Assembly (NCBI GenBank): GCA_964016885.1
Contig: OZ024741.1
Location: forward strand, 279,930,001 to 279,994,000
Length of the DNA: 64,000 bases
Direction: 5' to 3'
Source of the DNA: Eledone cirrhosa
Lineage: Eukaryota
Part shown: positions 41,617-64,000 of the stretch, piece after piece
Position numbering within the stretch: position 1 is the stretch's first letter
Layout: each line of letters starts with the position of its first letter
Program-made: the position numbers and the translations under genes
Notes under the pieces: model-generated
The model's input: the letters and a program-made list of their open reading frames with translations, nothing else
Database searches by the model: none
What the model was told of the DNA's origin: nothing

Positions 41617-44339
41617 CATCATCATCATCATCACCGTTTTACGTCCGTTCTTCCACGCTAGCATGGGTTAGACGGGTTGTCCTGTTGTGGGCAGTGTCTG
41701 GTCGGCTGACCATGCCTTGCTCATACAGGAACTGATCTGGCTTGATTTCTACAGCTGGATGCCCTTCCTAACACCAACCTCATTTACAGTGAGTGCTGGG
41801 TGCTTTTTCGTGGCGCCTACACGTCCACTTTACAGTGTGGGCTGGGTGCTTTTTTGCCGTGGCACCTCCACGACCACCTTGCGGTGGGGGGGGGGGGGGG
41901 CATATTGTTTATATGCTTCAGCATGTACCCATGGGAGGTCGGGTACCCTGTATTACTGCGTGACGCCAGAAGTCACGGTCGTGTGTCATTGACTTTGAGA
42001 GGTGTAGTTGGGTAAGGTCGGCTTTTATCACCTCATCCCAAGTCATCTTGGGTCTCCCCACTCCGCGGTTTCCATCAACTTCTAGTGCTCTGCACCTTTT
42101 TATGCAGCTGTCATCCTTCATACGCATCACATGTCCATACCAGCGTAACCGCCTCTCCTGCACGCAGCATTTGATTCCTCTTATGCTCAGTCTCTCTCTC
42201 AATTCATTTATGCTTTGTCGTTCACGTATATTACTGTTACACATCCATCGGAGCATGCAGGCTTCGTTTCTCTCTAATCTACGTAAGTCTTCCACCTTCA
42301 GCGCCCAGGTCTCACTACCATGCAACATCGCTGTTCGGATACACGCATCATACAGTCTGCCTTTCATTCTGAGGGAGAAGCCTTTTGCAGCTAGCAGTGG
42401 TAGTAGTTCCCTAAACTTCTTCCATCCCGTTCTTACCCTAGTTATTGTACTTTCTGAGCACCCACCTCCGTTGCTAATTCGGTCACCTAGGTAGCAGAAG
42501 CTGTCTACTGTTTCTACAGGGCCCTCCCAGAGATTGGTGGTACTTGTTTCCTGTGGCTGTTTGCTTGCTGTTTCAGCACAGCTGCTGCATGTGAATCCTA
42601 CATTCTTAATTAAGCTTCCTGAGATCCCGCTACATCTCTTGTGTACCCATTGTTTGCATTTGGGGCAAAGAATGGAGTTCCTACCTACACCTTTCCTACA
42701 TACTGAGCAAGGCCATTTCCCTGAGGGGATCTGGGTTCTGTTTTCTCGTCTACTTATAAGGACCTTAGTCTTTGTCATGTTGACTTTGAGGCCCTTTCTC
42801 TCTAGTCCCTGCTTCCAGGTTTGGAATTTATTCTCTAGTTCTACCATAGATTCAGCTATGAGTGCGAGGTCATCAGCATACAGGAGTTCCCATGGGCATC
42901 CGGTCTTAAACTCCTCCGTTATTGCCTGCAGGACTATGATGAACAGGAGAGGGCTAAGAACAGAGCCCTGGTGGACCCCAACCTGTACGCTAAATTCCTC
43001 GCTATACTCATTGCCAATCCTAACTTTGCTGACTGCTCCCCTATACATGGCTTGTACCGCTTTCACAAGCCATTCATCTACTCCTAGTTTTCTAAGAGCC
43101 CACCAGATTACTGCACGTGGAACTCTGTCAAAGGCTTTCTCAAGGTCGACAAATGCCAAGTAGAGTGGCTTACTTTTAGCTAGGTACTTTTCCTGTAATT
43201 GCCTCACAAGGAAGAGCGCATCAGTGGTGCCTTTCCTGGAACAAACCCAAATTGCATCTCGTCTATATTCACCCGGTCCCTAATCAGCTGTGCTATAACT
43301 CTTTCTGTTACTTTCATGACCTGGTCCATCAACTTTATACCTCTATAGTTTCCTCTATCTAGTGCATCGCCTTTACCTTTGTAGCAGTTGACAATGATGC
43401 TACTGCACCAATCTTTTGGTATGGCCCCCTCTAGTATTACCTGGTTAACGATACGTGTGGTTATAGTGTGACCTACAGACCCAGATGCCTTCAGCATCTC
43501 GGCAGCTATACCCGATGGACCGGTTGCCTTCCCTATCTTCATATCTCTGATTGCCTTACTTACTACGCTGCCGCTGACTTGTACTGCTGGTCCCTCTATA
43601 GGGTCTACGTGGGGTAGGGTCTCTTCTTCCCATGCATTCTCCTCATTTAGTAATCTATCATAATGACTCTTCCATGCATCTTTCTTCTCAGCACTTGTGA
43701 GGGCAAGCTCACCTTTATCATTCCGGATACACTTCTCTCCAATGACATCACAACTATCTCTGACACACTGCCTCGCAATCTTGAATACCTCCTGTTTCTG
43801 GTCCTCACGTTGTAAAACATGCTTGAATTTTCTATCCTCTGCTTCCCTCCTAGCTAAGTATACTTGTCGCCTAGCTTCCCTCTTGGTCTCTATGTAATGT
43901 ACCCTGCTCCCCCCGTTCTTCCATTCTTTCCATGCCTGTCTCTTGGCCTTGACTGCTTCATCTACCTTATTGTTCCACCACCAAGTCACTCTCCTCCTGC
44001 TTGAGGTCTTACTCCAGCCACAAACCTCATCCGTCGCCTCTAGTAAGTTATTTTTTAGGAACTCCCAGTTCTCTTCTACGTTAAATGTCTCTATCTGTTC
44101 TTCTTTACTGTCGTAGGCGTTGAGTAAAATATCTTTAAATCTGTTACTGGTTGAGGGGACTTTCAGCTTCCAGATCTTTCTTCTCCAGGTTGGCCTCTGT
44201 TTCAGGGCTCGTCTAGTTCTGACCGTGAGGTCGCTGACAACTAAGCTATGTTGGGATGTACATTCCTCACTAGGGAAGGCTTTTGTGTTTACGACCGTCC
44301 ATCTGTCACGTCCTCTGATGAGAATAAAATCTAACTGAC
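41617..44339 (-). mobile_element. RTE LINE family B (related to but distinct from A), frameshifted, running into the gap
   Basis: ORFs 43204-43989 and 41918-43207 carry the same RT and PHD-like motifs with many substitutions. Distinct 3' UTR and (GAT)n tail. Confidence 0.93.
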
Positions 44340-44539
44340 NNNNNNNNNNNNNNNNNNNNNNNNNNNNNNNNNNNNNNNNNNNNNNNNNNNNNNNNNNNNN
44401 NNNNNNNNNNNNNNNNNNNNNNNNNNNNNNNNNNNNNNNNNNNNNNNNNNNNNNNNNNNNNNNNNNNNNNNNNNNNNNNNNNNNNNNNNNNNNNNNNNNN
44501 NNNNNNNNNNNNNNNNNNNNNNNNNNNNNNNNNNNNNNN
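44340..44539. other. Assembly gap (200 N)
   Basis: Directly visible. Confidence 0.99.
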
Positions 44540-44733
44540 CTTCTTTACTGTCGTAGGCGTTGAGTAAAATATCTTTAAATCTGTTACTGGTTGAGGGGAC
44601 TTTCAGCTTCCAGATCTTTCTTCTCCAGGTTGGCCTCTGTTTCAGGGCTCGTCTAGTTCTGACCGTGAGGTCGCTGACAACTAAGCTATGTTGGGATGTA
44701 CATTCCTCACTAGGGAAGGCCTTTTGTGTTTAC
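44540..44733 (-). mobile_element. RTE family B fragment duplicating 44100-44292
   Basis: Identical except for one extra C. Confidence 0.9.
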
Positions 44734-50527
<5,794 letters not shown>

Positions 50528-50663
50528 TTGGAATAAATGCTCTGAAATAGCGATATATATGTGAATATAGACATAGAATATTCGAAAATATTCTGTATGT
50601 TTATAATAAACATTTTGAAGACCTAATCGCTATAGAATAGAATACGTCACGTATTACAATTAG

Positions 50664-50752
50664 ATTCTCGATAAAAGCAAGGGAAGTAATCTACGCGTTT
50701 CATTCTTGTTAGAAATCTTCAGGACTACATATCCAGTGCTTTTATCGAGAAT
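50664..50752 (-). ncRNA. Predicted type I hammerhead ribozyme with an intact catalytic core
   Basis: GUAGUC-CUGAAGA-U-UUCU(AACA)AGAA-U-GAAAC-GC-GUA^GAUUAC (core 50686-50728). Stem I is extended by GGA/UCC and a perfect 16-bp helix. Confidence 0.82.
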
Positions 50753-51021
50753 GACACAGCTAGAGACTTATAGAATACTTAGCTGTGTACAGGAACTGGT
50801 TTGAAAGAGCGGTTGCCGGTCCGGCAGAAATTAGAAATTGGAATAAATGCTCTGAAATAGCGATATATATGTGAATATAGACATAGAATATTCGAAAATA
50901 TTCTGTATGTTTATAATAAACATTTTGAAGACCTAATCGCTATAGAATAGAATACGTCACGTATTACTTTCAAACCAGTTCCTGTACACAGCTAAGTATT
51001 CTATAAGTCTCTAGCTGTGTC

Positions 51022-51109
51022 ATTCTCGATAAAGCACTGGATATGTAGTCCTGAAAATTTCTAACAAGAATGAAACGCGTAGATTACTTCCCTTGCTTTT
51101 ATCGAGAAT
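51022..51109 (+). ncRNA. Inverted copy of the hammerhead with a core mutation (CUGAAAA, G8A), probably impaired
   Basis: gtagtc ctgaaaa tttctaacaagaat gaaacgcgta gattac at 51045-51087. Confidence 0.65.
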
Positions 51110-51154
51110 CTAATTGTAATACGTGACGTATTCTATTCTATAGCGATTAGGTCT

Positions 51155-52804
<1,650 letters not shown>

Positions 52805-52811
<7 letters not shown>

Positions 52812-53316
52812 GATCGAGTATCGAAAAATCGGCGCACGAGTTAACGAAAAACGAAATCCGATATGAGCGCAGAGGGCTCAATAATTCAGATGAATCAGAG
52901 CTATAACTATCGTTAAAATACCGTCACATATAGAACAAGTCTACAATCAACCATACGATTTAAATCGATAAAGGAAGATTCGGGCCAAACAGATAAAAAA
53001 TATCAATAAAACAATACGTCAATAATTTAAATGAATGTAAAATCATACCCGGACCCACTAGAAAGGTGTTAAATCTAGCTTCATGGGTTTCTGTAAATCC
53101 TTAGACAGTACTCTATCAGCTCACATATAAATATAAAAGCCTACTAGAATAAGTGGAATGGAGTTTACGTCGTCAACGAGTTTTATCCTGGCGGCAAGGA
53201 GTCAACTAGCGGTGAAAAAACGCACATGGCATTAGACAAGGGAGATGACCCCTATATCCGCGAAAATAATTCGAGTGAATGTGGAAATACACATATCGAA
53301 TTAGAGTGCTCAATAG
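52805..53316. mobile_element. Unclassified CpG-rich ~510-bp insert in (TA)n
   Basis: Sharp boundaries with TA arrays and a composition like the other young inserts. No family motif confidently recognised. Confidence 0.4.
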
Positions 53317-53334
53317 ATACATACATACATATAC

Positions 53335-53385
<51 letters not shown>

Positions 53386-53671
53386 CAATATATATATATA
53401 TACATATATATAATACATATATATATATACATATATATATACATATATATATACATATATATATATAATATATATATATACATATATATATAACATATAT
53501 ATATATACATATATAATATACATATATATATACATATATATATATACATATTATATATACATATATATATATACATATACATAATATATATACATATATA
53601 TATATACATATATATATATACATATATATATATACATATATATATATACATATATATATATACATATATAC

Positions 53672-53704
<33 letters not shown>

Positions 53705-53740
53705 CATATATATATGACATATATATACATATATATATAC

Positions 53741-53836
<96 letters not shown>

Positions 53837-53841
53837 ATACA

Positions 53842-53873
<32 letters not shown>

Positions 53874-53877
53874 CATG

Positions 53878-53921
<44 letters not shown>

Positions 53922-54113
53922 CATATACATATATATATATATACATACATATATATATATACATATACATATATATATATACATATAATATATATATATA
54001 CATATACATATATATATATACATATACATATATATATATACATGTATACATATATATATATACATTATACATATATAATATACATGTATACATATATATA
54101 TATACATGTATAC

Positions 54114-54148
<35 letters not shown>

Positions 54149-57100
54149 CATGTATATATTATATATACATACATGTATATATATATATATATACATGTAT
54201 ATATATATATATACATACATGTATATATATATATACATACATGTATATATATATATATATCATACATGTATATATATATATACATACATGTATATATATA
54301 TATATACATACATGTATATATATATATACATACATGTATATATATATATATACATACATGTATATATATATATACATACATGTATATATATATATACATA
54401 CATGTATATATATATACATACATGTATATATATATATACATACATGTATATATATATATACATACATGTATATATATATATACATACATGTATATATATA
54501 TATACATACATGTATATATATATATACATACATGTATATATATATATACTACATACATGTATATATATATATACACATACATGTATATATATATACATAC
54601 ATACATGTATATATATATAACATACATACATGTATATATATATATCATACATACATGTATATATATATATACATACATACATGTATATATATATACATAC
54701 ATACATGTATATATATATATACATACATACATGTATATATATATACATACATACATGTATATATATATACATACATACATGTATATATATATACATACAT
54801 ACATGTATATATATATACATACATACATGTATATATATATACATACATACATGTATATATATATACATACATACATGTATATATATATACATACATACAT
54901 GTATATATATATACATACATACATATATATATACATACAATACATACATAATACATACATACATACATGTATATATATATACATACATACATACATATAC
55001 ATACATACATACATGTATATATATATACATACATACATACATATACATACATACATCTATATATATATACATACATACATCATCATCATCATCATCAACG
55101 TTTAACGTCCGTGCTCCACGCTCGCATGGGTTTGGACGGGGGTAGTCCCACTTGAGGCAAGAGTGATTGTCTTGCTCGCATAGGACTGTCTGGCAGGTTT
55201 TTCTACAGTTGGATGCCCTTCCTAACACCAACCACATTTACAGTGTATATATACATACATACATGTATATATATATACATACATACATGTATATATATAT
55301 ATATATACATACATACATGTATATATATATATATATATACATACATACATGTATATATATATATATACATACATACATACATGTATATATATATATATAT
55401 ACATACATACATGTATATATATATATATACATACATACATGTATATATATATATATATACATTACATACATGTATATATATATACATACATACATACATG
55501 TTATATATATATATATACATACATACATACATACATATATATACATACATACATGTATATATATATACATACATACATACATGTATATATATTATATATA
55601 CATACATACATACATACATACATATACATACATACATACATACATGTATATATATATATACATACATGTATATATATATATATACATACATGTATATATA
55701 TATACATACATACATACATACATGTATATATATATACATACATACATGTATATATACATACATACATGTATGTATATATACATACATACATGTATATATA
55801 CATACATACATGTATATATATATACATACATGTATATATATATACATACATGTATATATATATACATACATGTATATATATATACATACATACATGTATA
55901 TATATATACATACATACATGTATATATATATACATACATACATGTATATATATATACATACATACATGTATATATATATACATACATACATGTATATATA
56001 TATACATACATACATACATACATGTATATATATATACATACATACATTACATACATGTATATATATATACATACATACATACATACATGTATATATATAT
56101 ACATACATACATGTATATATATATACATACATACATACATGTATATATATATACATACATACATACATGTATATATATATACATACATACATACATGTAT
56201 ATATATACATACATACATATATATATACATACATACATACATATATATATACATACATACATGTATATATATATACATACATACATGTATATATATATAC
56301 ATACATACATGTATATATATATACATACATATATATATATATACATACATACATGTATATATATAATACATACATATATATATATATATACATACATATA
56401 TATATATATATACATAATATATATATACATACATATATATATATACATACATATATATATATACATACATGTATATATATATATACATACATACATGTAT
56501 ATATATATACATACATACATGTATATATATATATACATACATACATGTATATATATATATACATACATACATGTATATATATATACATACATACATGTAT
56601 ATATATATATACATACATACATGTATATATATATATACATACATACATGTATATATATATATACATACATTATATATATATATACATACATACATGTATA
56701 TATATATATACATACATACATGTATATATATATATACATACATACATGTATATATATATACATACATACATGTATATATATATATACATACATGTATATA
56801 TATATAAATACATACATGTATATATATATACATACATACATGTATATATATATACATACATACATGTATATATATATACATACATACATGTATATATATA
56901 CATACTTACATGTATATATATATACATACATACATGTATATATATATACATACATACATGTATATATATACATACATACATGTATATATATATACATACA
57001 TACATGTATATATATATACATACATACATGTATATATATATACATACATACATGTATATATTATACATACATACCATGTATATATATATACATACATGTA

Positions 57101-57250
57101 TATATATATACATACATACATGTATATATATATACATACATGTATATATATATAAATACATACATGTATATATATATACATACATACATGTATATATATA
57201 TACATACATACATGTATATATATATACATACATACATGTATATATATACT

Positions 57251-57281
<31 letters not shown>

Positions 57282-59524
57282 CATACATACTTGTATATAT
57301 ATATTACATACATACATGTATATATATATACATACATACATGTATATATATATACATACATACATGTATATATATATACATACATACATGTATATATATA
57401 TACATACATACATGTATATATATATACATACATACATGTATATATATATACATACATACATGTATATATATATACATACATACATGTATATATATATATA
57501 CATACATGTATATATATATACATACATGTATATATATATACATACATACATACATGTATATATATATACATACATACATACATGTATATATATATACATA
57601 CATACATACATGTATATATATATACATACATACATGTATATATATATACATACATACATGTATATATATATACATACATACATGTATATATATATACATA
57701 CATACATGTATATATATATACATACATACATGTATATATATATACATACATACATGTATATATATAACATACATGTATATATATATACATACATACATGT
57801 ATATATATATACATACATGTATATATATATACATACATACATGTATATATATATACATACATACATGTATATATATATACATACATACATGTATATATAT
57901 ATACATACATACATGTATATATATATATACATACATGTATATATATACATACATACATGTATATATATATACATACATACATACATGTATATATATATAC
58001 ATACATACATACATGTATATATATATACATACATACATACATGTATATATATATACATACATACATACATGTATATATATATACATACATCATACATGTA
58101 TATATATATACATACATACATACATGTATATATATATATACATACATACATGTATATATATATACATACATACATGTATATATATATACATACATACATG
58201 TATTATATATATATACATACATACATGTATATATATATACATACATACATGTATTATATATATACATACATACATGTATATATATATCATACATACATAT
58301 ATACATACATACATATATATATACATACATACATATCATACATATTATACATACATACATGTATATATATATATACATACATACATGTATATATATATAC
58401 ATACATACATGTATATATACATACATACATGTATATATACATACATACATGTATATATACATACATACATGTAGTATATATACATACATACATGTATATA
58501 TATACATACATACATGTATATATACATACATACATGTATATATATACATACATACATGTATATATTACATACATACATGTATGTATATATACATACATAC
58601 ATGTATATATATACATACATACATGTATATATATATACATACATACATGTATATATATATACATACATACATGTATATATATACATACATACATGTATAT
58701 ATATATACATACATACATGTATATATATATACATACATACATGTATATATATATACATACATACATGTATATATATATACATACATACATGTATATATAT
58801 ATACATACATACATGTATATATATATACATACATACATGTATATATATATACATACATACATGTATATATATATACATACATACATGTATATATATATAC
58901 ATACATACATGTATATATATATACATACATACATGTATATATATATACATACATACATGTATATATATATTACATGTATATATATATACATACATACATA
59001 CATACATGTATATATATATACATGTATATATATATACATACATACATACATACATACATACATGTATATATATATACATGTATATATATATACATACATA
59101 CATACATACATGTATATATATATACATACATACATATATTATATACATACATACATGTATATATATATACATACATACATACATGTATATATATATACAT
59201 ACATACATATATATATACATACATACATGTATATATATATACATACATACATGTATATATATATACATACATGTATATATATATACATACATACATGTAT
59301 ATATATATACATACATACATGTATATATATATACATACATACATGTATATATATATACATACATACATGTATATATATATACATACATACATGTATATAT
59401 ATATACATACATACATGTATATATATATACATACATACATGTATATATATATACATACATACATGTATATATATATACATACATACATGTATATATATAT
59501 ACATACATACATGTATATATATAT
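53317..59524. repeat. Compound array dominated by a ~20-bp unit (TACATACATACATGTATATA)
   Basis: Directly visible. Interrupted by an RTE 3' fragment. Confidence 0.96.
55079..55246 (-). mobile_element. RTE family A extreme 3' fragment
   Basis: (CAT)n tail plus ~150 bp matching the family A 3' UTR. Confidence 0.92.
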
Positions 59525-59525
59525 A

Positions 59526-61492
59526 GATACATAATGTCCCTCATCAACAATCAGAGAAGAGCTGAAGAGGCCTGGGCCATTGAGAAGATCAAACTCAATC
59601 CCAAAGTGTTCTTTTTATTTGCAAAAAAACACAAAATCACTGGCTCTACTGTTGGCCCTCTAATTGATGAAAATGGCACTCTTCAAGACAATGCTAAAAC
59701 CATGGGTGAGATACTGCAGAAACAATACTGCTCTGTTTTCAGCAATCCTGATATGGCCGATCTGGGCTGTATCGGCGATGTTACTCCCCATTACACCTTA
59801 TCGGACATAACGTTTGGCGCCCCTGATGTCTTGGCGGCAATAAAGGAAATCAAGCATAATTCAGCAGTAGGTCCCGATAGGTTCCCTGCTTGTGTCTTGA
59901 AGGCGTGTCAACACCAACTTGCTTCTCCTCTTGCCAATCTGTGGCGGAACTCACTGGATGCTGGATATGTGCCAGAAAACCTTCTATCCCAGTCTGTTGT
60001 CCCAGTTTTCAAAAAGGGAAACAAATCCCTTGCCGTGAATTACCGTCCAATCTCACTCACCTCTCATATCATTAAGGTATTTGAGCGAGTGGTGAGATCG
60101 CGAATGACCCACTTCCTTGAGAGTAACAATATGCTGAACTCCAACCAGCATGGATTCCGTAATGGAAGGGATTGCCTGACGCAACTACTGCATCACTTTG
60201 ATGACATTTTGAGAGCCTTGGGAGAGGGTTCCAACACTGATGTTATCTACCTTGATTTCAGCAAGGCCTTTGACAGGGTTGATCATAACATTCTACTGAG
60301 AAAGCTGTCCAATATTGGTGTCACTGGAAAGCTGCTGCAGTGGATCAAGAGCTTCCTGTCAAACAGAACCCAACATGTTGTAGTTGAGGGAGTCAAATCA
60401 AGCCCAGCCAAAGTCAGTAGTGGAGTCCCACAAGGCACTGTGTTGGGCCCACTTCTCTTCATCATCTATATTAATGACATCACTGACATCATCAAACACA
60501 GCAACATTAAAATTTTCGCTGATGATTCCAAGCTCCAAAAGGTCATCAATGGCGTGGATGACCGGATAAGCCTTCAGTCAGACCTACTGGCTGTTACCCA
60601 ATGGGCAGAAAAGAATAACATGTTACTGAACGAAGACAAATTCGAACTGATCCACTTTGGAAAAGAGGATGCTCTGAAACTCCCGTACTCCCTTCCCTCC
60701 GGGGAAACTCTCGTGGCATCTAACAACATCAGAGACTTGGGAGTAACCGTGGACAGCAACATAAGCTGGACCACGCATATAAGCAGCAAAGTTGACATGG
60801 CCCGCAGAATGTGTTCCTGGATCCTCAGAACCTTCCAGTCGAGAGATTCCCGCACCATTATCCTTCTCTTCTCTACTTTCGCCCGACCACACCTTGAATA
60901 CTGTTGTCCACTGTGGTCTCCCCACACGAAACAAAGTATCATGAAACTTGAAGCTCCTCAAAGGGCAATCACGAAAAAGATAGATGGCATGTCAGACCTT
61001 GACTACTGGGGTCGATTGGAAAACCTGAAACTTTACTCACTCCAACGTCGCCGTGAGCGTTATATTATCTGCATGATGTGGAAAATGTTCCATCATCACT
61101 GCCCAAATGATGTTGGCATCGCCTTCAAGATACACCCAAGGCTTGGGCCCCGTGCTATCCGTCCCATTCAAAAATCTAAATCGCAACTCATAACAACAAT
61201 ACGGCACAATTATTTCACCTCAATCGGCCCTGCTCTCTTCAACATCACACCAGGACACGTCAAAACAGAAACTGACCACACAAAATTCAAGAAGTCTTTG
61301 GACAAATTCCTCCAAGTAATCCCGGACAAACCACCCACACCCGGATATGTCTCCGCAAACAGTAATTCTCTTCTCGAATGGGCCATGGTGCCCAAATCCT
61401 GAATTGAAAGACTTCGCCAGGTGGTGCTATTAAGTTAGACATGGCCTGGGCCAATACTGGCCAAAACATTTCAAAGTTATTCAAAGTTATTC
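59526..61492 (+). mobile_element. 5'-truncated CR1-group LINE with an uninterrupted RT ORF (to 61402)
   Basis: [51 protein letters not shown] and [11 protein letters not shown]. Short 3' UTR ending in a (TTCAAAGTTA)2 tandem tail. Confidence 0.93.
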
Positions 61493-61620
61493 ATACATGT
61501 ATATATACATACATACATACATACATACATGTATATATACATACATACATACATACATACATGTATATATACATACATACATACATACATACATGTATAT
61601 ATACATACATACATACATAC

Positions 61621-62226
61621 ATGGTGGCTGCCAACTCGTTTTCGAGTACGGCCACTACTTTACATCCATGTAGGATAACCCCTACCGAAGCGCTGAACGA
61701 GTGTGACTTTTTAGTCCAGCCAGCGACTTGAAACCTCTGGTACAAACACAACACCTGTGACAATTATTGACACATAGTGCTAGGCCCATGGTAGGACAAT
61801 TATTGACACATAGTGCTGGGCCCATGTGAGGACAAGTGCAGAGAGATCTCCAGATATAAAGCAATGCCTGTGCCGTGAAGCTTTTATAGTGAGCAAAGGC
61901 ACTGCACAAAGCCAGTCCCACTCTCTTAACCAAGATGCTATTTACCAAAAAGAAGAACAAGTCAACATCATTGGATACCATCAGGGTTGCAGGTGTTATA
62001 TCAGAGTTTTCCTTCTCCTAGAATTCTGCCTTGACTAAGGCTAAAGGGGTCATCTCTCCCGGTGATTTTGGATGGCCATTGACTCTTAAGAGCTCCTTTG
62101 CCCTTTGACAGGTTTTGTTTTTAGTCCTGCAGGATGTCCAAAGTCACCCTCCTCACCAAGAAACCTTGGTGGGGTTGCCAGTTTAGTCGCCAACGACCCG
62201 ACCATGAGACAGGTTGTACTGGGATA
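61621..62226 (-). mobile_element. Bipartite RTE-derived element, copy 2
   Basis: Closely matches 1234-1808, with an internal ~36-bp tandem duplication at ~61759-61826. Confidence 0.78.
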
Positions 62227-64000
62227 CATACATACATACATGTATATATACATACATACATACATACATACATGTATATATATACATACATATATATATA
62301 TATATACATACATACATACATACATATATACATACATACATACATATATATATACATACATACATACATATATATATACATACATACATATATACATACA
62401 TACATACATATATATATACATACATACATATATATATACATACATACATATATATATACATACATACATACATATATACATACATACATACATGTATATA
62501 TATACATACATACATACATGTATATATATATATACATACATACATGTATATATATATATACATACATACATGTATATATATACATACATACATACATGTA
62601 TATATATACATACATACATACATGTATATATATACATACATACATACATGTATATATATACATACATACATGTATATATATATATACATACATACATGTA
62701 TATATATACATACATACATACATGTATATATATACATACATACATGTATATATATATATACATACATGTATATATATATATACATACATACATGTATATA
62801 TATATATACATACATACATGTATATATATATATACATACATACATGTATATATATATATATACATACATACATGTATATATATATATATACATACATACA
62901 TGTATATATATATATATACATACATACATGTATATATATATATATACATACATACATGTATATATATATACATACATACATGTATATATATATACATACA
63001 TACATGTATATATATATATACATACATACATGTATATATATATATACATACATACATGTATATATATATATATATACATACATGTATATATATATATATA
63101 CATACATGTATATATATATATATACATACATGTATATATATATATACATACATACATGTATATATATATATACATACATACATGTATATATATATATATA
63201 CATACATGTATATATATATATATACATACATGTATATATATATATACATACATGTATATATATATACATACATACATGTATATATATATATACATACATA
63301 CATGTATATATATATATACATACATACATGTATATATATATATATACATACATGTATATATATATATATACATACATGTATATATATATACATACATACA
63401 TGTATATATATATATACATACATACATGTATATATATATATACATACATACATGTATATATATATATACATACATGTATATATATATATACATACATACA
63501 TACATGTATATATATATATACATACATACATACATGTATATATATATATACATACATACATACATGTATATATATATATACATACATACATACATGTATA
63601 TATATACATACATACATACATGTATATATATATATACATACATACATGTATATATATATATACATACATACATGTATATATATATATACATACATACATG
63701 TATATATATATACATACATACATGTATATATATATACATACATACATGTATATATATATACATACATACATGTATATATATATACATACATACATGTATA
63801 TATATATACATACATACATGTATATATATACATACATACATGTATATATATACATACATACATGTATATATATATACATACATACATGTATATATATATA
63901 CATACATACATGTATATATATATACATACATACATGTATATATATATACATACATACATGTATATATATATACATACATGTATATATATATACATACATA
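62227..64000. repeat. (TACA)n/CATG/(TA)n compound array
   Basis: Directly visible. Confidence 0.97.

Larger units (their letters stand above)
50528..51155. mobile_element. Hammerhead-bearing non-coding element (retrozyme or Penelope pseudo-LTR-like): 310-bp unit, partial tandem copy and inverted copy
   Basis: 50528-50657 is repeated at 50838-50967. 50968-51155 is the reverse complement of 50618-50806. Embedded in (TA)n. Confidence 0.8.

Noticed and set aside
44310-44335. CTGATGA motif as a possible hammerhead core
   Set aside because: No stem II/GAAA or flanking helices. It is antisense RTE coding sequence.
58514-59525. Apparent N-terminal extension of the 962-aa ORF
   Set aside because: It is microsatellite read-through. 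Only the part from ~59530 is CR1 protein.

Overview
Eukaryotic, AT-rich DNA, most likely from an octopod cephalopod (inferred from the SINE types and the huge TA arrays). The only host coding sequence I can support is a 77-bp minus-strand exon at 9679-9755 ([26 protein letters not shown]) of a REEP1-4/DP1/Yop1-family gene, so the rest of the window is probably very long intron. Positions ~2.6-24 kb are ordinary intron with old SINEs, MITEs and a frameshifted Tx1/L1-like LINE. Positions 24-64 kb are a ~40-kb (TA)n/(TACA)n microsatellite nest holding many unrelated elements: several RTE LINEs (one nearly full length, with a PHD-like finger), a CR1-type LINE, a non-autonomous Helitron, a bipartite RTE-derived element and Penelope-type pieces. 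The most notable signals are two unrelated predicted type I hammerhead ribozymes. One lies in a highly structured, non-coding 310-bp tandem/inverted unit (retrozyme or Penelope pseudo-LTR-like, 50528-51155). The other lies downstream of a Penelope GIY-YIG remnant (24282-24357). The long Y/I/M/C/H ORFs are microsatellite artefacts. All calls are by eye, with no database searches.
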